Shown here: one piece after another, positions 12,301-25,228 of the stretch
Layout: each line of letters opens with the position of its first letter
Numbering within the stretch: position 1 is the stretch's first letter
Origin: Ruditapes philippinarum
Lineage: Eukaryota
Assembly (NCBI RefSeq): GCF_026571515.1
Contig: NW_026866770.1
Coordinates: 310,001-374,000, forward strand
Reading direction: 5' to 3'
DNA length: 64,000 nt
Made by a program: the position numbers and the translations under genes
The notes under the pieces: generated by a model
Seen by the model: the letters and a program-made list of their open reading frames with translations, nothing else
Databases searched by the model: none
What the model was told of the DNA's origin: nothing

Positions 12301-15300
12301 ACTATTTGCCGTGTCGTCTGATCGTCGTCTGCACTGTTTGCCGTGTCGTCTGATCGTCGTATGCACTGTTTGCCGTGTCGTATGATCGTCGTCTGCACTG
12401 TTTGCCGTGTCGTCTGATCGTCGTCTGCACTATTTGCCGTGTCGTCTGATCGTCGTATGCACTGTTTGCCGTGTCGTCTGAACGTCGTATGCACTGTTTG
12501 CCGTGTCGTCTGATCGTCGTCTGCACTGTTTACCGTGTCGTCTGATCGTCGTCTGCACTATTTGCCGTGTCGTCTGATCGTCGTCTGCACTGTTTGCCGT
12601 GTCGTCTGATCGTCGTATGCACTGTTTGCCGTGTCGTCTGATCGTCGTCTGCACTGTTTACCGTGTCGTCTGATCGTCGTCTGCACTGTTTGCCGTGCCG
12701 TCTGATCGTCGTCTGCACTGTTTGCCGTGTCGTCTGATCGTCGTCTGCACTGTTTGCCGTGCTGTCTGATCGTCGTCTGCACTGTTTGCCGTGCTGTCTG
12801 ATCGTCGTCTGCACTGTTTGCCGTGTCGTCTGATCGTCGTCTGCACTATTTGCTATTCAGTCAGTACATATTTTGATATTTTTCATGATCTTGTTCAGAT
12901 AAGGTTATTAAAAAAATCTTAGCGTAAAAATATTTAGGAGATGATTTTAATAAGACTATTATCATTATTATTTAACTATTGATAATAACGTAGAAAATTA
13001 TATAATATGCGCATGAATACATCGCGGTGCATAAAAGCGCTTCCTTCTTCGTTTTTTGCATTTCATAAAACCGATTATTTATATTCACACAAGTGTTGAG
13101 AAAGAAATTCGACGCTGTAAAGATTTGCGAACTTCCCTTACGGATAATGAAAAGTAATCAGGCGAACTTCTACACACAATAAATGATGAATTACTTTGCC
13201 CAAATGTTAGCGACTGGCATGAGAGTTAAATATTAGATTTGTTCAGTCAATTTACTTAATCTATAGGCTAACCTAATCGATCTTAACACAACTTGTTAGC
13301 TTTTCTTCCGAGTCAGCGGAATCTGTAGAATTGTATCTTATTCCCTTGTGGAAAAAAGGCACCATTTTGTAAGGCTCCGATAAAATTGAAGCTGGAACAA
13401 GCAGACGTTACGTTTTTAATAAGTACGCCATTTTGCAGGCTGGAACAATTATACATTATACCCCCCTCCTCCTCCTCCCCCCCCCCCCAAAAAAAAAAAA
13501 GAGTAAAGAACGTCATTTAGGGTCAATATTTGTCTTATTGTAATAATTTAATATTTCATTTCATTTATTCATTCCAGCTTAATAGATATTGTTCGTAACT
13601 AACTTATATAAATATAAAAAAAATATAAATGAGAAAATCAGAAATTTGAATAGATATTTTTCTGTTTATAAAATATTTATCTAGTATACAAAACGCGTCT
13701 TTATAGACAATGCCCGTCAGGAAATTTTTAAACATAACCTTTTTTATGGAGTATTATTCTTTGATAAATAAATAAAAATTTTCATAGACTCATAAAAGAT
13801 TTTTTAAAATTTAAAATGTTATTTCTCTTAAATATGGCAAAATAGCTTTTCATTTCCACGAAACTCTTTAACGAAATAATTTTTCAGTTGAACGAAATAA
13901 ATATAACTAATTTTCCCGTTGAAACGAATTATTTATTATATTTTATAATTACTTTATACTACTCGTATAACTGATTAAAACGAAACTTTTATGTGATAAA
14001 TTGAAGATAATGAAAATGATATTTTTTCGAGGGGCGAGAGGTTGAATAGGGGGCGAGAAGTGGGAGAGGGGCGAGAGGTGAGAGAGGAGGCGAAAGGTGG
14101 GAGAGGGAGAGATGATAGTATGAAGAAACTCGGGGGTTGACCATTTATTTCAAAAGTATAAAAAACCATCAGAAATTATTTATAACGAAGCTTTTCTATC
14201 TTTCAGTTACATGTTATCAGTCCGTACACATGGATTGGTACGGGTGTTGTTAGAAACAAGTGGGTGTGGCTAGACGGATCTGGAAGTCTGGAGACTTTAT
14301 TTGAAGGTATTTGCTAGAATTATTTACCGGCTTGGTAAAATAATCGTGATATTGCCTGTTTTTGTATGGAATAACTATTATTATTAATAAGATAACGATG
14401 ATGACCATTATCATCATCTCCATGCTCGTTGTCGTCGTCATCATCATCTTCGTCGTCGTCATCATCANNNNNNNNNNNNNNNNNNNNNNNNNNNNNNNNN
14501 NNNNNNNNNNNNNNNNNNNNNNNNNNNNNNNNNNNNNNNNNNNNNNNNNNNNNNNNNNNNNNNNNNNNNNNNNNNNNNNNNNNNNNNNNNNNNNNNNNNN
14601 NNNNNNNNNNNNNNNNNNNNNNNNNNNNNNNNNNNNNNNNNNNNNNNNNNNNNNNNNNNNNNNNNNNNNNNNNNNNNNNNNNNNNNNNNNNNNNNNNNNN
14701 NNNNNNNNNNNNNNNNNNNNNNNNNNNNNNTTTTCATGTATTAGCGACATACATGTAAAATCAAGTATCATTACATCTACATACCGAATATCAGTTATGA
14801 AATATCAACATTTGTTCTTTATTCAGACACTTTCAAGATAAACCTTGGTAATTATTTTCCAATGACAGTTTTAGTTTGTGATGTTAACACGTCAAAATTT
14901 TAGATTTAGTTGGTACATGAATATCGAATTAAGAATAAAGGCAACAATTGTTCTTTTTCATGAAAATAGTAAAACCCTTAGATTCGGCACGACTTAAATT
15001 GGCTTTGCTCTATTCGGATGGCAAAGGTTAATGACATTCTGTTTCATCAAATTCCGGTTTAAGAAGATTGGTTTACAATTAGCACCATTTCCACTATAAG
15101 TATTTCAAATACTGATACAACCCCCCCACCCCAAAAAAAAAAAAAAAAAAAAAAAAAACCAACAAAAAAACAACAACAAACAAACAAAAAAAACAAACAA
15201 ATACACAAGCACGCACGCACGCGCGCGCGCATGCATAATGGATTTCAATATTCTTATGAAATATTCCTTGGAAAAAAACAACATGTCGATAAAGGTTTAA

Positions 15301-18300
15301 GTGATTTAGTATGAACAGTTATGTAATGGATAATAAAATTGTGTTCAAGAACATTCTATTATTATGTGCTATATAAATTTACATGTATGTAATTTCGGAT
15401 CATGGATCTCTCACTTACCAACAATATACATGTACATATAATTGAGCCGCGTCACGACAAAACCAACATAGTGCGTTTGCGACCAGAATGGATCCAGACC
15501 AGCCTGCGCATCCGCGCAGTCTGATCAGGATGCATGCTGTTCGCTATCAGTTTCTCTACTTGTAATAGGGTTGGTAAGCGAACAGCATGGATCCTGATCA
15601 GACTGTGTGGATGCGCAGGCTGGTCTGGATCCATGCTGGTCGCAAACCCACTATGTTGGTTTTGTTGTGCCGCGGCTCATATAATTATTTCGTGGTTTGT
15701 AGTTATGTCTGATACTCAATACCGTCAACGTTTTTATTATGTAACAGACCCTCCATTATAGACCAATTCACTTTAATGCATGGATACGTATACAGTTTAT
15801 ATTGATCAATTGATACGTTATTCCCCTATATTAGTGTATGCATGTCATTTCATAAACCAAATGTACTTCAATATTTATTTGCTTGTTTGTATATTCAACG
15901 TTATGCAGCATAGCAACCATTTTTTTCACTGTGATTTTGGCGAAGACAGATTTGTTTCTTTAATATTTGTATTTTAAGTTAATTTGTATTTAACAAGAAT
16001 CTGGGTGGCGTTTTATCAACAAAGACGATCGTAAGTGCGATCTTATCTTTCTACTGAGCATTCGGTCGTATGCTTCTTTACGACTACCCTGAAGCGGCCG
16101 TATAGTGCTACAACGTCAATTAACGACGTCTTTGTTGCGACCAAGAACGAGTGTACGACCAAATCTGAGCGACCGTTGATAACACGGCACCCTGTTGATT
16201 AGTTTGAATTTGTCAGGAAAAGCCTGAATTGTTTCCTTTAATGAAGGGTTTTATTGAAATGAATAAATAAATGAAAATTACTGCACATTTTAACGTTTGT
16301 AAGATCTTCACCAAATGAAACATTACCTCAAAAACTTGTTTCCAGTCCCGTCATGTCAAAAAAAGTGGAGTCCCTTTAATAAAAAAAGAATATTTTATTT
16401 ATATGATTTTATCAAATGATTTTATTATAGTATGTTCACAGCGAAAATAGTATTTATTTTTTTTTAATTCAATTCAAATATTGATTTGCAGATTGTGTAT
16501 CGCATACTGCTCAAATTACCTTCGTATTTTCTTTCTTTCCCACTGTATATTTTGAACCAATATACCTGTCAAAATTCTTTATATTAATACATCAAGATAC
16601 ATTTTTTATGAAAAAAAAAGAAGAAATTTGCTTCATAAATTTATATAAACGTCAAATTATCTTACGAAAATCGAATTTACAGTGTTGCGGTATTGTAAGC
16701 AATATTTAGAACTGTACAGGCATTTAATCAATCGAAAAGTGATCGTCCACGATACCGAAAAAGCCAAGACATAGTAGAACTTTTTTTCTTTGGCAAGATG
16801 ATTGCCTGAATAGATAGATATACGACAAGCTAATTCCCTCGGTTCGAACTCATCAGTCTCAGTTGGTCGGGGAAAAAACAACAACGTCATAGCAACGTCA
16901 TAGTGACGTCATTCGCACGTGTCGCACCAGTTGATCACTTACATGGACACCCTGATATAAGTATAGATTATAATGATACTGCAGTCATAATCTAACCTTG
17001 CTGTTTAAGACAATAGTTACTGCTCTTTGATCTATTTATGAACTGCAGTTCGATAATTGACAATTATGAATAAGCGTTAAATATGCACGCGTAACCGACT
17101 TCTTAATTTGATCAAAGCGTCTGCTGACTGGGTTATGTCAATACCCACAGGGAGGGTCAAATATGTCGTCTGCAGACGAACTTATATACGCAATACCAGG
17201 GTTATTGCGTTCTTGGTGACCAAAAAAGGAAACAATCTTTCGTCATCTTTTTTACATATATGTATTTGTCTTTGCTCTTTCTTATTTTATTTTTTATATT
17301 TCATTCTAATTTTTTTGTCTAAAAAATGCCTCTTGCTATCAAAGAAAACTGTTGTCTGCTTAACTTGGTTTTCCAAAATAAATATATGATATCAATTTTA
17401 TACTGGCGTAATTACAAGTTATATCGTTTCATCAAATACCGTCTTTGTTAATATTTTACATCAAATTTGCACCATTTTTTTATCTGTTTTGAAATGATTC
17501 TAATTGTTAATAACGCATACTGTAGGTATCTAATTTCATTAAAAAATCACAATAAAAAACTTAATTGCTTTTAAAGAAATATCGCATATATTTTTCATAG
17601 AACCCCAGTAAGATTTGAAGTAAATGTAAAAACATTCAGTATTATCATTAATATCCTTTGCATCATTTGTTGTTAATAAAATGGCTGTATGATTTTGTCT
17701 TTATCGGTTGAATTACAAATTGCATTCACAACAAGTTTTGTGTTTTCATCGTGTTTTGTCGGTAATTTTCAAAAAACGAAAAAAATCTATTTCAAACATA
17801 TTTTGAATTTATACCATTCCTTTTACGCATTTATGAAAAGGGTGACTCCGTGATTGAGTGGTTTAGGTCAATCACATCGGATCACCTGCCCCTCCCCACC
17901 CGCTTTCCGTTTGAATCATTCGAGAACTTTAAAATCTTTCTTGTGAGAAGGTCATCAAATAAGCTAACAGAAGGTTCGTGGCGGAGGTGGTGCTCTGACT
18001 CGGGTGGCAACTTCTGCTTGAAATACTGCACAGAAAGACATCCGAGGTCTTCCTGTAACAGTAAAGCTGGAAAGACCAGCCATATGGCATTTACAGTGTC
18101 GGTTTGGTTTAAAACCCAACCCAACAAATTTTGTAAAAATATTAAAAATCATAATAATCGAGTTAGAATATTCATTACTTTATTGATTTGCCTTATGATA
18201 ATAAAAACGTTGTATAATATACTTATAATTAACTATTGATAAAATGCGTTTTTTCCATATTTTCACTGTAAAAATTTATTTTCACTAAAGTGAAACATAT

Positions 18301-20054
18301 TTTCCGTATTTTACTGGTGTTTTGCCGGACTACTTTCTTAATTCAGCAAATACACTAACTTAAAGTAGAAGTCTTACAAATGGTAAGGTTAAAAACGAGA
18401 AAAAGTATATAACAAACAGTCAAGTCTTTTTTCTATAAACACTGGATTTATTTTCATCTTGTGATATGAAAATTATTATATTGCGCTTATGCCTTCCGCC
18501 ACTCCTGAAATATTTATTTTCATACCACTCGATGAAAATAAATCGTGTATTTATAGAATTAAAAAAACAACTTGAATATCGTCTGTCGTGATATAAATGT
18601 GTCAGCGCAGCCTATACTCCCTAGAAATCTAGTCAGACACTTTAACCGGGTCCAATTTAGCATTTTCTCACATTTTCATCGTCATTCTTCAAACTTTTTA
18701 AATATATAACATATCATGAAATTTATTTTCAGATACGTCATTACCGGAAGTATCTAAAGAAATGTGTGGTTATTTAACAGTTGATGGTTTGTTAAAGTTT
18801 ATGGACTGTGATTATACAACGCCGGTGTTCATCTGCAAGAAACGTAAGTTTTCTTTTGTTTGCTTCTGTTGTTTTTTTTGTTGTTACAAGATACAAGAAA
18901 CTTTATTTTAAGTCGGTTAACAAATTACAAGAAACATAAGCTAATAAAGTAATAATTGTTTTTTTGGTGTTTTTTTGTTGGTGGGTGTGTTTTTTGTAGT
19001 TGTTGTTTTTTGTGTTTTTTAGGAGGGGGTGGGGGGGTTGTTGAAATTCAGATTGCTAAAAAAAATAAAGAAAGTAATGAAACCGAAACAAAAGTTTAAT
19101 TCGATCACTCCAAATCAATGCCACAAAGTCTGGAAAATGCAGACTCGGTTTGATCGAGTCTGTTCATGAGAGTGTAAGTACATGTAAATGCAACATCTCT
19201 AACGCCCCGTAGCACCGTCTCTAACAGTCTTGAGTTTTCATCAAAATAAAATATTGGACTCAATGACCCCGAAGGAACAGAAAACTATAACAACACTGAC
19301 AATTTACTTTGAATTTAATAATAATTAGAAAATAATTTTTTTTTGGAAAATTCGTTATTCTTTCTTCAGATTTATTCTCACATTCACTCACTTCAAGTAC
19401 TGAAAGTTATGTTTTATGTAAAAACAAATTTATAGCAGAGTAATTTATATTATTTTGTATATTTAATAAAGATAGATTCGTTATGAAGGAATGCCACAAT
19501 CACTGCATTTAAAAGGCAAACATATTTTAACAAACAATAAAAAGCATACACATTTAGGCTTAAAAATAAAATGATTATTTCTTTTTTGATTTAAATAGTT
19601 TTGATAATCTGAATGTGTCGTAATCCATTTCGGTCGGTTCTGTAAGAACTGTAAACATCAGAAAAAAACTTGGTGGTTCCAGGCTTTAGATCTGTTTAAT
19701 GTTGACCTTGACATTTCAAATGATTGATATTTTAGTCCTTTGTCTTATTTTTCAGCTCTCGACATGATTTATGTACCAAGTTCAGTGAACATCACCAAAA
19801 GCGGCATAACTCTTCCTGCCAAAGACCCGGATGAAATCATTTTTGAGCGTCTATGGCCGCCATTTTTAGATCGAGTAATTTTGAATATGACGTCATCGAA
19901 TTACATAGCGACGATAGAAGTTGCGCAAGCAACCGACTGCGCATACCGCTGTTACAATATAGACGAATGTCGAGCTTTTGCAGTCACGTGTAAATCGGCT
20001 AAAAGATGTGGCATACGCTACTGCATTCTCCTGGCAGGGCTCGATGTAAGATGA
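9378..20054 (+). CDS. Secreted C-type lectin domain + C-terminal PAN/apple-like domain protein (~251 aa)
   Basis: Exons 9378-9441 (MEFRYCLVWMVAVGLSKSWTK, signal-like; least certain), 10884-11065 (CEDGWHHFKDFCY...AKAIC...LTSL), 14207-14306 (TWIG...WVWLDGS), 18733-18843 (EMCGYL...FMDC...FICKK) and 19756-20054 (TDCAYRCYNIDECRAFAV...C...C..YC). Phases are consistent, total 756 nt, with a GC donor at 11066. Confidence 0.85.
9565..9678. repeat. (CTATT)n pentanucleotide microsatellite
   Basis: Direct reading. Confidence 0.9.
11408..12853. repeat. 32-bp CpG-rich minisatellite (CGTGTCGTCTGATCGTCGTCTGCACTGTTTGC), ~45 copies, in lectin intron 2
   Basis: Head-to-tail units with few variant sites and no spacers. 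Confidence 0.97.
14468..14730. other. Assembly gap (N run) after (CAT/CGT)n repeat
   Basis: Ns in sequence. Confidence 1.
15443..15679. mobile_element. Palindromic MITE copy 3
   Basis: TGAGCCGCGTCACGAC...GCCGCGGCTCA. Confidence 0.9.
16004..16191. mobile_element. ~188-bp MITE, PIF/Harbinger-like
   Basis: TIRs GGTGGCGTTTTATCAAC / GTTGATAACACGGCACC flanked by a CTG duplication (16001-16003, 16192-16194). Confidence 0.65.
17840..18128 (+). mobile_element. Degenerate tRNA-derived SINE
   Basis: A-box-like head (GTGATTGAGTGGTTTAGG) and 3' tail GCCATATG...GTGTCGG...TAAAACCCAAC shared with elements at ~38576-38625 and ~51320-51385. Confidence 0.6.
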
Positions 20055-20289
20055 GTAAATACAGAAAAGGCAGACGAAACTTCCGTCCAAAATGTTATCA
20101 GAACAATGCACAACCCTCGACCGATCCAATATAATTATTATTGGTTTTGTGCCCTAACTTGGTTTCTTAAAACCGTACAAATTCCTCTATACATAGTTTG
20201 TTGCATCATATGCTATCTTTTTCATTCCATCTGAGATTTGTTTTTTTTTTTACTAATGCACATTGTATAAAAAAAATGTTCTCACAATA

Positions 20290-20880
20290 ATGCTGCCCTC
20301 ACACATAAACCACGACCTTACTGCGACCTGAAAACTAGTAAAATAGCATTTTTCTTTCGAAAATCGTTGGTTTTCTTTCAAATTTCCAAATTTCTCTCGC
20401 AGAAAATTTCTCTCGCAGACGGTCCGGGGCTCTGCAGTCTTGTGTTCAGTACGCTTTCTCTATGTCCCCAATACGACCCTTCTACGTCCATGGCGTTTCC
20501 ACTGCGACTTAATTGCGTCCCCAAGGCGACCCCACGGCGATCATCGGCGACCCAGCTGCGACTGTGCTATGTTCTCTGCGTCCTTACGGCGACTGTACGA
20601 CGACTATTGCGTTTGTCCGGCGACTGTCCTGCGACTGTACGACGACCCTACTACGTTCTTGCGACCTAACCAGGACTTAGCAAGAACACAGAGTTTCTGC
20701 GACTGTTTTGTGCATGTTCAAAATAGTCGCCGACGGTCTGCGACCTTGTGCGTCCTTGGGTTCCTCGCTACGACCTCGCTGAGTCCCTGCTGCGTCTATG
20801 GCGACTGTGCTGCGTCCTGGGTCGTAGCAAGGTCGCAGTAAGGACGCAGTAAGGTCGCGAGGTATGTGTGAGGGCAGTAT
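20290..20880. mobile_element. GC-rich ~590-bp MITE with TA target duplication
   Basis: TIRs ATGCTGCCCTCACACATAAACCACGACCTTACTGCG / CGCAGTAAGGTCGCGAGGTATGTGTGAGGGCAGTAT, TA on both sides, internal GCGAC-rich subrepeats. Confidence 0.8.
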
Positions 20881-21354
20881 TACAGACATGAAAGAAAACA
20901 TGGAAAGATTTTATTTTTATCACGAGAAACATTAAACAACAAGACCCTTTAGAATGGTTCAAGCGAAAATGTAAAGAATGAGGGAATCTAAATACTGGTG
21001 TTATATCAAGAAACCAAGCGGGTATCAAGCGTACTTTAAATTCTTTATAAGTTTCTTTAACATTTTCCGCTTTTCTTAATAATTCTACCGGCCTAAATGT
21101 AAAGATTTCAAGGTTAACATTTAAAGTGTAAGTATAACTAAGTACCTGGAAATGTCAGTTTCAATCATTGAATATTTTAGAGCATACGATAACAGTACAA
21201 GTACATTTCACTATTAGAGTTTACGTGATATGATGTCTTTTGAAATTTGATGATACAAAGCCAATTACAAAGTTCATCTGTATAAATTTATACAGATACA
21301 AATATGTTTGTTTTATATTACATATACTTCCTTTATAAATACCACATCAAAATT

Positions 21355-24300
21355 TTAGTATTGAGCTCCAAGAGGGACAAGAAAAATCATTGTAAATATA
21401 ACTTGAACAATAACAAACACTGCGAGAAAGAATAGATCTAAAACTTCAGCGATGTACTCCCACGTGAGTTCTTTCTTTGGAGAAGATGATGATGCACTTG
21501 ATGCAGCTGATTGCACACGAGAGGGTGCTGCTGATTGGAAAACGGACTCTGCATCTAACGAAGGACGTGGTTCCTGAGCAGAAGCACTTGATCCAGATTC
21601 TGAAGAGGATGGTTTACTTGAAGAGTTACCTGACAAATACCCAGAGGATGGCGCAGAAACCAAACCTGTTGGCCCATTCTTTTCATTAGACTGCTGAAAC
21701 CCAATTTGTTGCGAATCCGATTCTGGATTGCCTTGAACCTTTAATATAGAACTGACATCATAAAATGCGTTGCTTTGATCCGGCTGTATTTCATTAGTAT
21801 CCAAGTTTGCATTATGCATTTTGTCTAAGCCCTTAGTGACACTATTACCGATTCCGATGAGCCCAGACCCCTGTTCCGGGTTGAATCTATTTCGTAAATC
21901 ATTTGTTTCGCTTACCTTTGTAAAATGTAATCCTTGAACGGTCTCTTCACTTGCAAGTGTAATCATGTCGTCATTGTCTATGAGATGACTGTCTTCATAA
22001 TCAATTTGTGAATGTTTCTTTGTACATTTTATTGAAGAGCACGTGGGCAAGCGATGCCATAAATCTCGCAGACATTGACACCTTATTTTCGGACATTTCG
22101 GACATCGCCGCCAGACCTTGCATGTGATAACTTCAAGAATAATATGAAAGTACTGCGGAACTTCTTCCTTACTTGGATTCAGATGCAGTCGGAGTAAAAA
22201 GACATTAATAATGCTAAGGAAGACACTAAAGGATAGCATCACAATAACATAAAAACACAGAATAGACATTGGTGAAGAAACCTCAGGCATAAAACTCATC
22301 AATGTCTGCAATAGAACAACAAAAGAAAGAAAACACGTGATTCCAAAACCGACCCTAGACCCGGAAGCAGCTGGTAACAAAAACAGAAAACCTGTCAATA
22401 AACTTAGAAGCAGAACCGGAAGTACTATTACCAGCGCTAGAAATAACGGTTTTCTTTTTATTGTTATTTTGAAATCTACGTAGAATCGGGTATTGTTAGG
22501 ACCAATATATGTTTCTGTCGATGTGGAATCAACGCCCCATGTTGAGCTCTTCTCCATGTTTGCTGTATTCCATTCATTTGTTAAAGGCTCTAGTCTCAAT
22601 TCATCGATACCTCGGTTCCATGGCGTTATTGTGAGCGTGCAAGATTGCTTATCAAATGGGTAATACGTCATATCCGGTGTACACGCAGCATTTATGATCA
22701 TGCGTGGATACCATTTACAATATCCGGAACTGTGAAGGAAACAAAAAATAAAGTAAAACCGATGAATTATCTTTAAGTTAGCAGAGGGGAATCATTGTTA
22801 AAAGTCATTGCCACATGGTTTACATTCTTTCAGGAATATTTATAAAATTATGTCCTTCACTGGTTCTTTGAAAGACTTTTTATATGGCATAAGGAAAAGG
22901 AATCAATAAGTGTTGACAGAATGCATTCTGCTATTGTTCTTTTAAAGCTTGAAAAAACAATCATTTAAAAAAACAACATTGACAATCTTATTTTCATGTT
23001 GTCACAAATACGCCGGAATTTTCTAAATGACAGAAAATCACACAGAAAAGTTGAAAATGACCATTTAAATTTATATTAGGTAATTTCACTGTGTATGGGT
23101 GGCCACGTGGTATAAAATACCTAAATAAATACATTTATAAAATTTCACAGCTGCACAATTTATTTCTCACCTGACATTGTATCGAATTTTATACGTTTCG
23201 TCCCCAATTCTTTCAATTGAGTCCACGGAGCTCATAAGTACGAGATTTGGTGACCAAATCTGATCATACCCAACAAATATTGTCTCCTGGGATCCCATGA
23301 ATGTTGTCCCAGTTAGTGTTTTTACTTCATCAAGCCACTCCATCTTCATGCTAGCCACTAACTGTATCACTCCGCTCACCGCGTCATAGTCCATTATGGC
23401 GAATAGGCTCAAACCTGAAACCAGACAAATTTCTTTTTTTTTCTTTTTCTTTTGGATTATAAATTACATCGGCAATTTAAAGGTCATATATAGTGACCTT
23501 CTAGCTTTACTGGTTTTGGAAGAGTCTATCCGTGCTTTATTTTTGTCGGGAGCAAGTACCGGAGTAGAACTATTATTCTTCCGGAAGTTTGCTAGAGTCC
23601 TTCCTCTCATGAAGAAAATTTATAGCTGCCTGTGTGATTCGGACCTTTATTAATGAGAGGCACGAAAGTGATCAGACAAATTTCAATAGATATAATAATC
23701 CCATAAAGAATTTCATAAACACGTTGATTTTAATAAGGAATTGTGTTGGGCCGGTTGTTTGATTCATGGGAATATTATTGGACATGAATGTTTGAATCTT
23801 AGGACAAAATCAAATTAATCTATTGAAGTTCGATTGCGACAGAAGCTTAGAGTTTAAACTATCTTAATCATTGTCAGCACAATTTTTGGGCTTATCAGTA
23901 TCGGTATTGTATGAGGAAACGTTGCTAAGACCATAGACGTACTCGAATTTATGACACCTGAGTGGTGTGGCAGACACCTTAACCATTATACCACGGGTCC
24001 TCATTTTCCTTGATTAGTTTTATTAATGAGTATTTCTTCAACCAACATTATTTCTTGAAAAGTAGAGTGTGTCGTTTTATATTATTTATGCATACACAGT
24101 TTGCCCTCTGCAAACCGACCCTCTGTAGAACATTTACCTCTTTTTAAAGACTTCTCTTAAGAAATACCGGTCAGAAACGACCAAAATCTTTTTCTCCGAA
24201 AGGGTTGTGCTGGCTTTTGAAAAGAATGCACTGTACAATAATTACGTATATTTTTATTTCAAATAAAATATACATGTACTGACAAAACAAATTAAAGCTT

Positions 24301-25228
24301 GTTTCGAGGCAATTTATATGCAAAATTAATTATTATTAATAGGCTTTATCAATAAATAAAACACAATAAAACTCACCCATATAAACCGTAACTGGTCCCG
24401 TGGACAGGTCCTTGGGCATAACATCTGTTCCGCCAACGTTTCCATTGCCTAACTGTAAATGGAAAATTAAAACAAAGCGACCTCTCATTTCGTTGTTGTC
24501 ATGAATTTTGAGAATTCTTAAAGTTAAAATATATAAGTGCGGCATGCAATGAACGCATCCATCCATACAAATACTGCGTCGCATATTTGCGTCTGTGACC
24601 TTTTCAATGCGTTAACACTTTGATTTTGATTAAATGTTTTCATGTAAGAATGCCATCAGGCATTTGGTTTAACTCCCGTCGACTTACAGAAAGTCGGCGG
24701 TTCAGTCAGTGAAGTTCCAAGATCGGAACTAACCATATAAGGAAGGGAGTTAATGTAGAACCTTGCGAAACCCCCGCTTAAAACAATTTTGGCTGAAAAC
24801 AAAGGTCTTCTCCCACATGTGAACCAAGAAACGTCTACACTTCAATGTTTAATCATAAGCTTATGGTGGAATAAAAACCGGTCTCTAAGACCTTGGATTT
24901 TGAATTGGAACTATGTCGCAGTCGTGGCCATGGTTCATCATACATTATGTACAAACAGCAATACATTCTGGTTAGTTCAAAAGGCGAAATCGATTGAAAT
25001 TTGATAGTTAATTACTGAAAGAAGTTATGGAAGTAATTGTAATGTAAGTAAAGGGATTTTAAAGGGAGATAATCATACAAAAAGTAAAAATCTTACCTGA
25101 TAAGCCGATAGAAGGGTTTCAAAGTCGGCTTTTACATCATTATACGGTACTACACTGGAACATTCGCTGAATAACATTAACAAAACGTAAATCGTCCATT
25201 TGCTTGTAATAATATATCTTAAATTCAT
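21355..25228 (-). CDS. Atypical Cys-loop ligand-gated ion channel subunit (nAChR-like), paralog A, ~608 aa, 4 exons
   Basis: Exons 25228-25097 (MNLRYII...DVKADFETLLSAYQ), 24452-24377, 23414-23171 and 22729-21355. GT-AG, phases 0/1/2, total 1827 nt. Cys-loop CTPDMTYYPFDKQSC, KRKP pre-M1, four TM helices. Confidence 0.9.

Noticed and set aside
11335-12846. Repetitive ORFs (MQTTIRRHGK...) and a CRISPR-like look of the 32-bp repeat
   Set aside because: Units are contiguous with no unique spacers, there are no cas genes, and it lies in a eukaryotic intron. The ORFs are by-products of the minisatellite.
14025-14112. G/A-rich GGGGCGAGAG repeats (possible G-quadruplex)
   Set aside because: Short low-complexity repeat with no further support for function.
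14250-14841. ORFs spanning N runs (also 6201-6565)
   Set aside because: Artefacts of assembly gaps.
20367-21028. Overlapping 74-133-aa ORFs
   Set aside because: Largely within a GC-rich MITE; no protein features.
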